Assembly: GCF_963921235.1 (NCBI RefSeq)
Contig: NC_086097.1
Coordinates: 114,082,001-114,146,000 of the forward strand
DNA length: 64,000 bases
DNA from: Mobula hypostoma
Taxonomy: Eukaryota
Direction of reading: 5' to 3'
This document shows positions 63,781 to 64,000 of this stretch, piece after piece. Under the pieces are notes generated by a model. It was not told the DNA's origin, did not search any database, and saw only the letters and a program-made list of their open reading frames with translations. The stretch's first letter is position 1. Every line of letters begins with the position of its first letter. The position numbers were made by a program, and so were the translations under genes.

Positions 63781-64000
63781 TTGGCAATGAATGCAATCAG
63801 TGTGACTCCCCCATCCAGCTTGCACGTCTTATCCTGAACCTGTTTTCCTGTTATCTTGGAAAGATTAATTAAGACACTCCTTTAACTTTGGTGTACGTGC
63901 ACATACACAAGCTTCGTTTTCATACTGTCTTTAAAATTTCCCTGAAGGCATCTTATGTAGATACTCTAAAGAATCCTTTGGGTTTTACCTGTTAATCAAG

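Overview
Repeat-dense vertebrate genomic DNA. The repeat repertoire (CR1, Rex1/Babar, V-domain SINEs, abundant Penelope-like elements) suggests a cartilaginous fish; this is inferred, not proven. One host gene is visible, on the minus strand: three coding exons (34593-34778, 21897-22592, 12441-12605) of a DIPK1C/FAM69C-type divergent protein kinase with canonical phase-0 GT-AG junctions and a CpG-rich 5' region. Its last exon was not found and probably lies left of the window. The rest is mostly transposon-derived: a near full-length 5.3-kb Nimb/I-clade LINE with RNase H and a 15-bp TSD, two Ty3/Gypsy remnants, several LTRs, a hAT/Charlie element with an 8-bp TSD, Tc1/mariner remnants and MITEs, and a tRNA-SINE with a Bov-B/RTE-like tail. 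The most interesting signal is a minimal hammerhead-ribozyme motif in the terminal repeats of the Penelope elements (about 14 decayed copies), including a recurrent non-canonical core (CUGCNGA), plus several inverted or fold-back Penelope junctions.
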